Notes under the pieces: model-generated
Database searches by the model: none
Told to the model about the DNA's origin: nothing
What the model saw: the letters and a program-made list of their open reading frames with translations, nothing else
Shown here: piece after piece, positions 35,547 through 44,886 of the stretch
Layout of the letters: every line of letters starts with the position of its first letter
Position numbering within the stretch: the first letter of the stretch is position 1
IMG/VR virus record: IMGVR_UViG_3300021066_000002
Location: 1 to 51,049 of that record
Source: a virus
Taxonomy: Duplodnaviria > Caudoviricetes
Strand: one strand, 5' to 3'
Length of the DNA stretch: 51,049 bases
Position numbers and translations under genes: made by a program

Positions 35547-36203
35547 ATGTGCCTTGGTGGTGGTGGCGGAGCGCCGAGCAGCGGCGCAGATGCACAGGCG
35601 GCGGCGAGCGCCCAAGCCGCTGAGGAGTCGCGCCGACAGGCGGAGGAGACGCGCCAGCGCGAAGCGGAGCGCCAGGCTCGTATCCGGGCGGGCCGCGGCA
35701 CCATCGAGCAGACCTTCGCCCCCTTCAACGATGAATATTTCGGCAAGCAGACCGACAACTATCTGGCGTTCGCGCTGCCGCAGCTCGACGACCAGTACAA
35801 GAAGACGTACGACGGCTTGATCTTCGACCTGGCGCGCACCGGCAACCTCAAGTCCTCGGCCGGCGCCTACCGGCTCGGCGAGCTCCAGAAGGAGTACGCC
35901 AAGCAGAAGCAGGTTGTGGCCGACACCGGTGCGAACTATGCGCGCACCGCCCGCAGTGACGTCGAGCGCGCCCGTGGCGAGCTGGTGTCGCAGCTCGGCG
36001 AGACGGCCGATCCGGATCTCGTCGGCCAGACGGCCGCGACCCGGGCGCAGTTCCTCCAGACGCCGCAGACCTACTCGCCGCTCGGCGCGGTCTTCCAGAA
36101 CGTGACCGCTGCCGGAGCGACCGCCGTGAACGCCTCGGGCAAGGGCGAGGGTATCGGGACGCGGCTGTTCAACTCCGGCGGTTCCTCGCGCGTGGTGAGC
36201 TAG
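35547..36203 (+). CDS. Internal virion / ejection protein
   Basis: MCLGGGGG start; Ala/Gln-rich helical. Confidence 0.7.
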   Translation: MCLGGGGGAPSSGADAQAAASAQAAEESRRQAEETRQREAERQARIRAGRGTIEQTFAPFNDEYFGKQTDNYLAFALPQLDDQYKKTYDGLIFDLARTGNLKSSAGAYRLGELQKEYAKQKQVVADTGANYARTARSDVERARGELVSQLGETADPDLVGQTAATRAQFLQTPQTYSPLGAVFQNVTAAGATAVNASGKGEGIGTRLFNSGGSSRVVS

Positions 36204-36205
36204 CT

Positions 36206-37021
36206 ATGTGTGAACCGACCACGATCATGATGGCGACGTCGCTGGCGCTGTCCGCTGTCGGCGGCATTGCTCAGGCGAACGCCTCTCGCCGGGCGGCGAA
36301 GTCCGTCAACTCGGCGCAGGAGCAGAACGCCCGCGACCGGATGGCGACGACCGCTGCCCAGCGCGACGCGCGCACGGCCGAGCTCGAGCGCCAGGACGGC
36401 ATGCAGCGCACCCAGAGCCAGCTCCTTGGCGACACGATCGCCGGGCAGGGCCAGCCGGCGCGCGACGAGGCGATCGCCGACGCCACCCAGGCGCGCGAGG
36501 CGGTCTATGACAAGGCCGGTGTCGGCATCTCGCCGATGCTCGCCAGCGCCACCGGGACCAGCGGCGGCGCCAATGCGCCGATCGTGGTTGACGACGGCGG
36601 GGCCGGCAACCTGGCCGCAGCGCTGACGCGCGCCGGTGAGTTCATCAAGCAGCAGCGCGCCGCCAAGGCGGCGCTTGAGGGCTGGGGCGGCGCGACCTTC
36701 GGCAAGGGCATCGAGCTCGCCCGCGGCGGTGAGGGCATCAACTTCCTGTCCAACGCTCGCCAGGGCTCGAACCGCGCCTACGGCGCCGAGCAGCAGGCGA
36801 TCGGCGCCGGCCAGGGCTACGCCGACGACGCCATGGCCGGGAAGATCCAGGCCGCGCCGAACCAGGGTGCCGGCATGCGGCTGTTCGGCAACGTCGCGAC
36901 CGGTCTTGGCCAGGTTGCCGCTGGCGCCGCTGGCGCCGGCTACGGAGACAAGATCGCCGGCTGGATGAAGCCAGCGCCAATCCCCGGCATGAACGGCATG
37001 CCGGCTTGGCCGGGAGTGTAG
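36206..37021 (+). CDS. Internal virion / ejection protein (gp14-like)
   Basis: MCEPT start with hydrophobic N-terminus; Ala/Gln/Gly-rich. Confidence 0.72.
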   Translation: MCEPTTIMMATSLALSAVGGIAQANASRRAAKSVNSAQEQNARDRMATTAAQRDARTAELERQDGMQRTQSQLLGDTIAGQGQPARDEAIADATQAREAVYDKAGVGISPMLASATGTSGGANAPIVVDDGGAGNLAAALTRAGEFIKQQRAAKAALEGWGGATFGKGIELARGGEGINFLSNARQGSNRAYGAEQQAIGAGQGYADDAMAGKIQAAPNQGAGMRLFGNVATGLGQVAAGAAGAGYGDKIAGWMKPAPIPGMNGMPAWPGV

Positions 37022-37024
37022 GCG

Positions 37025-38215
37025 ATGGCCGGTCCTCAACCCCTCTACTCGGATCCGACCTTCGGTGCCGGCGTCGGCAATCTCGGCACGCTGCTGTTCG
37101 GCGACCCGAAGGTGCGCGCCCAGGCGGCGCTCAACGAAAAGCACGGCCTCTACTACGACGCTTCGGCCGCCAACCAGCGCTCGCAAGCCGAGCTGCGCCA
37201 GGGCCAGATCAAGGCGCGCGCCGGCATGGGCGAGGCCGCGCGGAATGCCGGGCTCGGCGACGCCGTGGCTGCGCTGATCCACAGCGCGATCAACTCTGCC
37301 GGCTCGAACGACACCAGCGAGAACGCGGCCCAGACCATCGGCAACCTCCGTGGCCAGAACATGGTGGCGCCGCTGACCCAGCCTGGCGTCCCCGCGGCTC
37401 CGCCGCCGACCGAGATGGGCGCCCGCATGGGCGCCCTCTTGATGAGCGGCGGCCGCAGCCTGCCGACCAAGGACACGGCAATCACGCCGGAGCACCAGGG
37501 CGCTGTTATCCAGCAGCACGAGAACGCCGCAACCCAGCGCACCGGCATCACTGCCGGCGCGCACCTGGCCGGCACGAAGTACAGCGCCGATCGGCGTTTC
37601 GACGCCGACAAGTACCAGACCGACAACAAGCCGGTGGACGCCGGCCCCGGGCACGTCGTCGAGACGCCGGCGAGCCATTCGCTCGGCGCTCGTGTGTTCC
37701 GTGGGCCGCCCCAGGCGAGCACCGTGAAGGCCGATGACCCGGTGAAGCGGGCGCTCGACGACAGCAAGCTCATGGACGGGGTTCTGACGAAGATCGACCA
37801 GCGTCTCGGCGTCGGTCGGGACAACGGCCGCGTCGTCAGCGGAACGCCGATGGCGCCGGCGCTCGAGCAGGAAATCGCCGGCCGCACCGCCGAAAAGGTC
37901 CGCGCCGGCGCCATGCTTGACGCCGCCTTCAACGAAGCGTGGACCGAGGTTGTCGGCGACCAGCCACTCAAGGGCTCCGGTTTCTTTGGCGGCGGCCCGC
38001 AGACGCCGGGCGGAACTGACCCCGCGACGGCGAAGCCGGCCAAGCCGCGCGCTGCCGGCCCGGGCAAGGCGTTCGCGCCGCCTGGCGCGCCAGCACAGCA
38101 GTCCGGCGGCGCCGATCCGCTCGCCGAGGCGCGCGCCGCGATCGCCAAGGGAGCCAACCGCGAAGCCGTGGCCGCCCGCCTGCAGGCCATGGGCATTGAC
38201 CCGAGCGGCCTGTAA
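37025..38215 (+). CDS. Internal virion / ejection protein
   Basis: Position; C-terminal EARAAIAKGA..EAV..RL motif. Confidence 0.68.
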   Translation: MAGPQPLYSDPTFGAGVGNLGTLLFGDPKVRAQAALNEKHGLYYDASAANQRSQAELRQGQIKARAGMGEAARNAGLGDAVAALIHSAINSAGSNDTSENAAQTIGNLRGQNMVAPLTQPGVPAAPPPTEMGARMGALLMSGGRSLPTKDTAITPEHQGAVIQQHENAATQRTGITAGAHLAGTKYSADRRFDADKYQTDNKPVDAGPGHVVETPASHSLGARVFRGPPQASTVKADDPVKRALDDSKLMDGVLTKIDQRLGVGRDNGRVVSGTPMAPALEQEIAGRTAEKVRAGAMLDAAFNEAWTEVVGDQPLKGSGFFGGGPQTPGGTDPATAKPAKPRAAGPGKAFAPPGAPAQQSGGADPLAEARAAIAKGANREAVAARLQAMGIDPSGL

Positions 38216-41200
38216 TGGCCGGGCTCTTTGACGACCTGATCCCTGGCGACCCGGCGGCCAGCGGCGCGCCCGCCCCCGCTCCGAGCTCCGGGATGTTCGA
38301 TGACCTGATCCCCGGCCCCAAGCGCCAGGTCGGCCTCGGCGAACGGCTGTTCATCAATGTCGGCGAAGGCTTCGAGAAGTCCACCACCGGCCAGGTGATC
38401 GACCAGGTGCAGAGCGGCCGCGTCGCCGAACGCAATGCAGCGCAGATGGGCGAGGTCGTCACCGAGGCGCGCAACGCCGGCTCGCCGGTCGGGCTCGATC
38501 TCCTGCGCGCCGGCCAGCGCGGCGCAACGCCGTCGCCCTACGCCACTATCCCGATCGACGAGATCGAGCGGATGCAGGCCGACACGCTGGCGTCCTCCGC
38601 CGGCAAGGCGTTCGAGTTCTCGGTCGCCGAAGACCAGCGTCGCAAGGCACGCGACATTGCGCCGTGGATCCAGGCGGGCGACGGCGGAGTTATCGACGCC
38701 GGCCTCGCCGGTGGCGCCGCGCTTCTCGGCCAGGTGATCGGCGGCCTGCCGGCCGTCGAGAACGTCGTTCCGGTCTCGCGCGGCGCTCGTGCCGTCGACA
38801 CCTTCGTCCGTGGCGCCAAGGCCGGCGGCACCGGTGCGGCGATCGCAGAGCCGTTCGTGCAGGGCTCCGAGATCGACCTCGGCCGCAAGAAGGAGATGAG
38901 CCCCGAGGAGGCCGCGCTGAGCGTCGGCGTCGGCGCTCTGACTGGCGGCGCCCTCAACGCCGCGCCGCAGGCGGCGCGCAGCCTCGGCGACGCCTTCCGC
39001 CGCGAGCCGGCGCCCGCCCCGGCCGCGGCTCCTGCGCCTGCCCCGGAGCCCGCTCCGGCGCAGATCCCGTTCCTGCCGCGCATCGCCGAGGACGCCGTCC
39101 CGAATGAAGCGGCGGTAGCGCACGGCCAGCGCATTCTTGATGTCGGCAATGCCGCCAACGAGCGCGCCGCAACGCCGCCGCGACCGCCGGAGCCGGGCGA
39201 AGCGCCGAGCGCGCGCGAAGCTCCTGGCACGGCTTTTGCCCAGCGGCCGGAGAACCCGCCGTTCGCCGAGACCGCCGACATTGCCCGCGATCGGCGCGTT
39301 GCCGGCGAGGCGGCGATCGTCCGCGAGCAGTTTGGCGTCCCGGAGGAGCAGTTTGCCCAGATGCCGGTGGATGCCCGCGAGCGGCTCGTTGCCGCGGCGC
39401 AGCGGCAGAAGTCGAGCGAGGCGCCGGCCGAAGGTGTGCTGCGCACCAGCGACGACGCTCTGGCGGATGGCGAGGCGCGCTACAGCCCAGCCGAGCCGCC
39501 CAACCGGAACCTTGGCGAGGATGTGCAGCTCCGCGGTGAGGAGGTCGGTGGCATCAACGCCAGCGATCGCGTCGCCTCTGGCGGCAGCTCCCGCCCCTTC
39601 CCCGACGACCCGACGACCCGCGGCTTCGAGGAGACCGCGCGCGCCGACAGCGAGCGCATGCGCGCCGAGACCGTCGAGGATCTCGAGCGCGGCTGGCAGC
39701 GTCGCCGCGACGAGCGCGATGCCGGCGCCGAGGAAGCCTACGCCGGCGCGAAGGCCGGGACGTTCTCCAACAAGCCGGGCAAGCAGGATGCCGACGGGCG
39801 GTTCGCAACCGACAACTTCGGCCTGGTGAAGTCCGATAAGGGCGGCCCGATCCGCTTCGGCGACCAGAAGCAGGCGGCGCGCTGGATCCTCAACCAGGGC
39901 CATAAGCTGTCGCCGGATCAGACCTTCGAGATCGTCAACCACCCCAAGGGCGGTTTCTCTGTCCGCGAGCGCGGCCGCACGCCTCCGCCGCAGCCTCCGC
40001 CCGGCGGCACCGGCCCGGGCAGCTTCTCGCCGCCTGCCCGCGTGGATCCGGCCAGCCCGCGCGCCGCCAACCCGATGCCGACGCGCGAAGCGCTGCGCGC
40101 AGAGACGGTTGTCCGCGAAGAAGGCCCGATGCCGCTGGATCCGCGCGCTGACGTGGAGGCGGCCCCGCGCGTCCTGCCGCAGACCAAGACCGTGACCCGC
40201 GGCAAGAGCACCTACGAGCTCACCACGAAGCCCAGCGCGACGCCCTACAAGCCGGAACCGCAGCGGCCGCCGACGCTTGCAGACATGGTCCGGCAGCGTG
40301 GCGTGGCGCCGGTCGACCTTGACCAGGTGGCGCACATCTTCGGCGACCGCAAGGCCGCCGGGCTGGCAGTCGGTCGCCGGGATGGGCAGCAGCTTGATTA
40401 CCTCTGCGAGGCGGCCGTCGAGCAAGGCTATCTCCCGGAAGGCGCCACCCTTAACGACTTCATCGACGCCCTGGATCGGGACGTTCGTGCCCGCGGCGCC
40501 GGCTCCCAAGAGGCCCGTGTCTACTCGCAAAATGACGTCGAGCTGCTGGACGCCTGGCAGGCGACCCGGGAGTACAACGACGAGGTCTCCCGCCTGGCGC
40601 GCGATTTCGGTGTCGATGAAGCCGGCCTGACGCCGGAAGCGTTCGAGCGTATCATCGCCGAGCGGATGGGTTTCGAGGAGCAGGCCCGCATCAGCCGAGA
40701 GATCGGCGAGGCGCGCGCTCGCGACCTGGACGAAGCCGCCCGCCTGGAAGACTTGGAGGCCGCCCGTGCCGAAAGCACCCTTGACCCCGACGCCGCCGCC
40801 TACCTCGAAGGCGGAGCCGGACGAGCTGAGCCGCAAGGCAATGGAGCGGCTGCAGGCAAACCCGCAGATGTCGGAGGCGGCCAAGCGGATGTACCGCCGG
40901 GTGATCGCGGGCGGAGTGATCCAGGGGCAGCTCAAGCGCGCGATGGCGCGGAACAACGCGGTGGACAAGCCGAACGGGGCACCGGAGACGGCGACGCCCA
41001 GCACACCCTCGACGTCGGCGGGACCACAGAAGCCAAGCCGCTAAGCTCCACCCGCGAGAAGCTGGAGGCGTCGCAGCTCGGCCGAAAGGGATCGACGACC
41101 CAGCAGGAAGCGCCGACCGGCGGGCTCTTTGGCCGCGTCAAGGATCTGTTCCAGGATAAGAGCGGCGGCCCGTCGGAAAAATGGGTCTTGAAGTACACCG

Positions 41201-43440
41201 AGGCGCTTGAAGACTTCATTGCCGACATCAAGGACATTCGGGACGCGCGGCGGGCGCGCAAGGCCGACGAGAACCTCGTGCGCTCGATCGTCTACTCGGC
41301 CGACGGCTGGATCCGCTCCATTGCCAAGAAGCACACGAGCCCGGCGCTCAACCGCGTGCTTGACCAGTTCCACGCCCGCGCCGGGCAGCCGGGAGGCGTA
41401 GCGCGCACCTTCGACGAAGCCGTGCACATCCGCATCAACCAACGCCTCACGGCGCTGGAGACGGCGCTGGGCTCGATCGGCGAAGACAAGGCGGCCATGG
41501 CTCAAGTGGTCAAGCTGGTGCAGGAGCCGGCCAACATCCGCCCGGGCACGCCAGTCCACGATGCCGCCGCCGCTATCAAGAAGCTTCTCTCTGAGGAGCT
41601 GGACTACCTGCGTACCGCTGGCGTCGACGTCGGTCAGGTCCGCGGCGGCTACTTCCCGCGCATGGTCGAGAAGATGGCGGTGCTCCGCAATCCGACCGGC
41701 TTCATGGCGGCCGCCGAGCGCGCCTTCCGCGCGGAGGGTGTCGCTGATCCGCGCGCCGCGGCGAAGGAGTGGCATGACCGGATTACGCTGGGCGACGGCA
41801 ACCCGGCGTCGATCTTCCTCCCCGTCGCCGGTGATGCGCAGGCCGCGTTCCTCAAGGGGCGCGTGCTAGGCAAGCGCGCCGACGAGATCATGCGCGCGTT
41901 CATGATCCAGGATCCGCGCGTCGCTCTGACCCGGTACGTGACGCAGGCGACCCGCCGCGCGGAGCTCGCCCGCCGCTTCGGCGATGGTTGGTCGAAGTGG
42001 GGCGACATCGAGGCGCAGATTAAGCGGGAAGGCGCCGAGACGGCGATCCCCGCGCTCCGCGACTATGTGCGCACCGTCGCCGGCCTGACGCCTCCGGGCA
42101 CGACGCCCGGCATGCTCACGGCGATGAGCTGGGCGCGGACCTGGGGCACGCTGGGCTACCTGGAAAAGGCGACCCTGTCGTCGCTCGGCGAGTGGATCTT
42201 GCCAGCGATGCGCACCGGCAACTTGGGCGACGCGGCGCGCTCGCTGCGCACCACGATCGCTGAGACGGTCAACCGGGCGCGCGGCCAGACGTCGCAGCTC
42301 CGCGCACTAGCCGAAGACCTTGGCGCGATCGCCTCCGGGCACAATGACACGATCATGGCGGCCCGGTTCGGCCACGACGCGACTTCGCAGTTCCAGGCGA
42401 AGCTCATGCACAAGTTTTTCCGCCGGACCTACCTCGAGCAGTGGACCACCGACACCCGCGTCGCCAGCGTTGGCGTCGGGCAGACGTTCCTCCGCCGCCT
42501 GGCGACCGAGATGGAGGGCGGTGGAACCGCCGTGACCAAGCGCTACCTGGCGGAGCTCGGCGTCCCGATTGACCAAGCCGACGTCTTCGCCGGCTGGCTG
42601 CGCCGGACGAATGGCGGCCGCCCCCAGGGCGCCGACCTGGCTGGCCCGATGGGCGACATCTACCGCACCGCGATCAACCGCTTCGTCGACCAGACTATCA
42701 TGCGCCCGAGCGCCGCGACCAAGCCGAAGTGGGCGAGCCACTGGCTCGGCTCCGTGGTGTTCCAGCTCCAGAGCTACCAGTACGCCTTCACCCGAAACGT
42801 TCTCGGCCGGATCGGCAACAACGCCCGGGCGGCGCTCACCGACGCCGACCTGACCATGCTTGACCGCGCCCGCCTGTTGGCGCCGATCGCCTCCCTGCCG
42901 TTGCTGGTCGGCATGAACGCCGCCGTCGGCGAGCTCCGGGACACGGCGACCGACAGCGCGCAGCGAGCCGTGGGCGGCGAGCCGAACAAGCGCGCCAATC
43001 AGACGCCTGGCGAGAAGGCCGCGAAGATCGCGTCCCGCTCCGGCCTGTTCGGCAACCTGGATCCCTACATCAACGCCTTCGCCGGCGTCCGCTATAACGC
43101 GCCGATCGCTAGCAAGGCCCTTGGCCCGGTGCTCGGCGGCGGCGTGAACGCCCTGCAGACCCTTGCTGAGGCTGGCGCGCGCAACAGCCCGAACACCAAC
43201 ACGGCCGAGCGCAAGGTCGCCAAGCAGGCTTACGACACCGTCGTCGAGCCGGCCGTCAACCTGGCGCTGGGCGCCCTGCCCGGCGCCAGCATCCCGGCCG
43301 CGATCCTTACCCAGATCGCCGGCAGCGGCGCGCCGCGGGAGGCCCTGACCTCCGTCGTGGCCGGTCCAGCCGTCCCGAAAGGCGGCGCCGGAGTTTCTTC
43401 GCGGGGCACCGCACGAGGCACTGGACGCGGGTCTCGATAG
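38215..43440 (+). CDS. Large DNA-ejection / internal virion protein
   Basis: 1741 aa; duplicated FDDLIPG at the N-terminus; GYFPR; last gene of the ejection block. Confidence 0.75.
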   Translation: MAGLFDDLIPGDPAASGAPAPAPSSGMFDDLIPGPKRQVGLGERLFINVGEGFEKSTTGQVIDQVQSGRVAERNAAQMGEVVTEARNAGSPVGLDLLRAGQRGATPSPYATIPIDEIERMQADTLASSAGKAFEFSVAEDQRRKARDIAPWIQAGDGGVIDAGLAGGAALLGQVIGGLPAVENVVPVSRGARAVDTFVRGAKAGGTGAAIAEPFVQGSEIDLGRKKEMSPEEAALSVGVGALTGGALNAAPQAARSLGDAFRREPAPAPAAAPAPAPEPAPAQIPFLPRIAEDAVPNEAAVAHGQRILDVGNAANERAATPPRPPEPGEAPSAREAPGTAFAQRPENPPFAETADIARDRRVAGEAAIVREQFGVPEEQFAQMPVDARERLVAAAQRQKSSEAPAEGVLRTSDDALADGEARYSPAEPPNRNLGEDVQLRGEEVGGINASDRVASGGSSRPFPDDPTTRGFEETARADSERMRAETVEDLERGWQRRRDERDAGAEEAYAGAKAGTFSNKPGKQDADGRFATDNFGLVKSDKGGPIRFGDQKQAARWILNQGHKLSPDQTFEIVNHPKGGFSVRERGRTPPPQPPPGGTGPGSFSPPARVDPASPRAANPMPTREALRAETVVREEGPMPLDPRADVEAAPRVLPQTKTVTRGKSTYELTTKPSATPYKPEPQRPPTLADMVRQRGVAPVDLDQVAHIFGDRKAAGLAVGRRDGQQLDYLCEAAVEQGYLPEGATLNDFIDALDRDVRARGAGSQEARVYSQNDVELLDAWQATREYNDEVSRLARDFGVDEAGLTPEAFERIIAERMGFEEQARISREIGEARARDLDEAARLEDLEAARAESTLDPDAAAYLEGGAGRAEPQGNGAAAGKPADVGGGQADVPPGDRGRSDPGAAQARDGAEQRGGQAERGTGDGDAQHTLDVGGTTEAKPLSSTREKLEASQLGRKGSTTQQEAPTGGLFGRVKDLFQDKSGGPSEKWVLKYTEALEDFIADIKDIRDARRARKADENLVRSIVYSADGWIRSIAKKHTSPALNRVLDQFHARAGQPGGVARTFDEAVHIRINQRLTALETALGSIGEDKAAMAQVVKLVQEPANIRPGTPVHDAAAAIKKLLSEELDYLRTAGVDVGQVRGGYFPRMVEKMAVLRNPTGFMAAAERAFRAEGVADPRAAAKEWHDRITLGDGNPASIFLPVAGDAQAAFLKGRVLGKRADEIMRAFMIQDPRVALTRYVTQATRRAELARRFGDGWSKWGDIEAQIKREGAETAIPALRDYVRTVAGLTPPGTTPGMLTAMSWARTWGTLGYLEKATLSSLGEWILPAMRTGNLGDAARSLRTTIAETVNRARGQTSQLRALAEDLGAIASGHNDTIMAARFGHDATSQFQAKLMHKFFRRTYLEQWTTDTRVASVGVGQTFLRRLATEMEGGGTAVTKRYLAELGVPIDQADVFAGWLRRTNGGRPQGADLAGPMGDIYRTAINRFVDQTIMRPSAATKPKWASHWLGSVVFQLQSYQYAFTRNVLGRIGNNARAALTDADLTMLDRARLLAPIASLPLLVGMNAAVGELRDTATDSAQRAVGGEPNKRANQTPGEKAAKIASRSGLFGNLDPYINAFAGVRYNAPIASKALGPVLGGGVNALQTLAEAGARNSPNTNTAERKVAKQAYDTVVEPAVNLALGALPGASIPAAILTQIAGSGAPREALTSVVAGPAVPKGGAGVSSRGTARGTGRGSR

Positions 43441-43442
43441 TC

Positions 43443-43473
43443 TGTAGGATTTGCCGTCAGACACCGGCCGACA
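43443..43473 (+). promoter_or_regulatory. 21-bp operator plus a phased extra half-site
   Basis: TGTAGG-ATTTGCCGT-CAGACA, then CCGACA 10 bp later. Confidence 0.6.
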
Positions 43474-43500
43474 TCGGCCGCACCATGGCCGGAGGCCGAA

Positions 43501-44484
43501 ATGACGCATAAGGTGATCGAAGTCACGCTTGCCTCCGCGCTTGCAGCGGCCGGCACCTTCACCGCGGGCTATCCGCAGGGGTTCGACACCGGCTCGTTCT
43601 ATGCGGCCTACGGCCACTACATCAAGACGCAGTCCGGCGACAAGTTCTATTTCCCCGCGGACTTCACCGTCACACTCGGCGCCTCCTCGATTACCATCAC
43701 CAGCGTCGACATGGTGCTGGCGGCCGGCACGAAGCTCTATCTCCAAATGGAGCTCGTCGGTCAGGACGACGGCCTTGGTTCGCAGTTCGACGTTCGCTCG
43801 CTCAAGCGCACCGTCGCCCTCAAGCCGCTGCTCATCAACCTCGGCGCGCCGGACACCGCCGACAACGACAGCATGGTCAAGGCGGCGACGTCGACCGAGC
43901 TGCCGAACGCCGAGACCGTCACCTACACGCCGGACACCAACGGCACCACGCCGACCGACGGCGTGCAGTCCGTGGTTTCGATCAATGGCGTGAACTATTG
44001 GGAGCTGGACGTTCCGCGGAACGCCTTCGTCAACACCACGCACGCGACTTCGATCGCCGCCATGACCGTGAAGATCACGGGCCTCGATGAGTACGGCGTG
44101 GATATGTACGAGGAGATCTCCGTCGCCGCGACCGGCACCAACGAGAACGACAGCGGCCTCAAGGCGTTCAAGTGGATCCGCTCCATCGCCTTCACCGCCG
44201 CGGGCAACGCCGAGGCGAACACCTGCAACGTCGGTTTCGGCGATGTGCTCGGCCTGCCGGTCTTCGTCTCTAACGTGACCTTCATCACCGATGAGCTGCA
44301 GGACGCTGCCCGCGCCACTGCCGGCACCTTCGTTGGTGGCGTGCTGACTGCGCCGAGCGCCACGACCGGTGACGTGCGCGGCACCTACGACCCCAACGCG
44401 GCGTGCGACGCGGCCAAGGTCTTCCGCCTCGTCTGCATGGTCCCGGATCCGAGCTTTAAGGGCCTGACGCAGTACGCACCGTAA
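43501..44484 (+). CDS. Putative virion structural (decoration/appendage) protein
   Basis: Thr-rich beta protein; DVPRN, G.DEYG, KAFK, GDVLGLP, TTGDVRGTY; GGAGG RBS. Confidence 0.65.
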   Translation: MTHKVIEVTLASALAAAGTFTAGYPQGFDTGSFYAAYGHYIKTQSGDKFYFPADFTVTLGASSITITSVDMVLAAGTKLYLQMELVGQDDGLGSQFDVRSLKRTVALKPLLINLGAPDTADNDSMVKAATSTELPNAETVTYTPDTNGTTPTDGVQSVVSINGVNYWELDVPRNAFVNTTHATSIAAMTVKITGLDEYGVDMYEEISVAATGTNENDSGLKAFKWIRSIAFTAAGNAEANTCNVGFGDVLGLPVFVSNVTFITDELQDAARATAGTFVGGVLTAPSATTGDVRGTYDPNAACDAAKVFRLVCMVPDPSFKGLTQYAP

Positions 44485-44589
44485 TTGCCTAGTGCCGGCA
44501 GAGCCGGGCGCGACGGAGCTTGCTCCCTCCGCGGTCCCGCTCCCCAAGGGCTGCCGGCCGTGACCTTCCTCTCCCACCCCGGAGGTATC

Positions 44590-44886
44590 ATGCTCAAGCA
44601 CATCCTTGCCGGCCTGACGCTGGCGGTCGCTTCGTGCGCGCCGCCAGCCTACGCGCAGGCCCCGACGTGCATGCCGCTCTCCCAGGCCATCGCGATCGGC
44701 GCGAGCCAGTACGGCGAGACGTCGGTATTCCAGGGAGCCGACAGCCTCGGGACTGTCCTCATGATCCTGGCGTCGCCGGCTGGGAGCTTCACGGCGTTCC
44801 GGGTGATCGGCGATGCCGCATGCCCGTTCGTCTCCGGCGAGGGCGCCACGGTGCGCCTGCCGAAGGCTCCGGAGCGCGCCTCCTGA
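44590..44886 (+). CDS. Small exported protein
   Basis: GGAGG RBS; signal peptide ending AYA; paired Cys. Confidence 0.65.
   Translation: MLKHILAGLTLAVASCAPPAYAQAPTCMPLSQAIAIGASQYGETSVFQGADSLGTVLMILASPAGSFTAFRVIGDAACPFVSGEGATVRLPKAPERAS

Noticed and set aside
30834-41004. Very long antisense ORFs (30834-33917 and 37153-41004; similarly 9039-11306 and 42307-44601)
   Set aside because: Shadow frames of high-GC coding genes on the opposite strand; no recognisable motifs
5272-43463. The 21-bp motif as integron-like cassette recombination sites
   Set aside because: Spacers differ between copies and sites flank essential genes (portal, capsid); overlap with promoters and RBSs fits operators better, though this is not formally excluded
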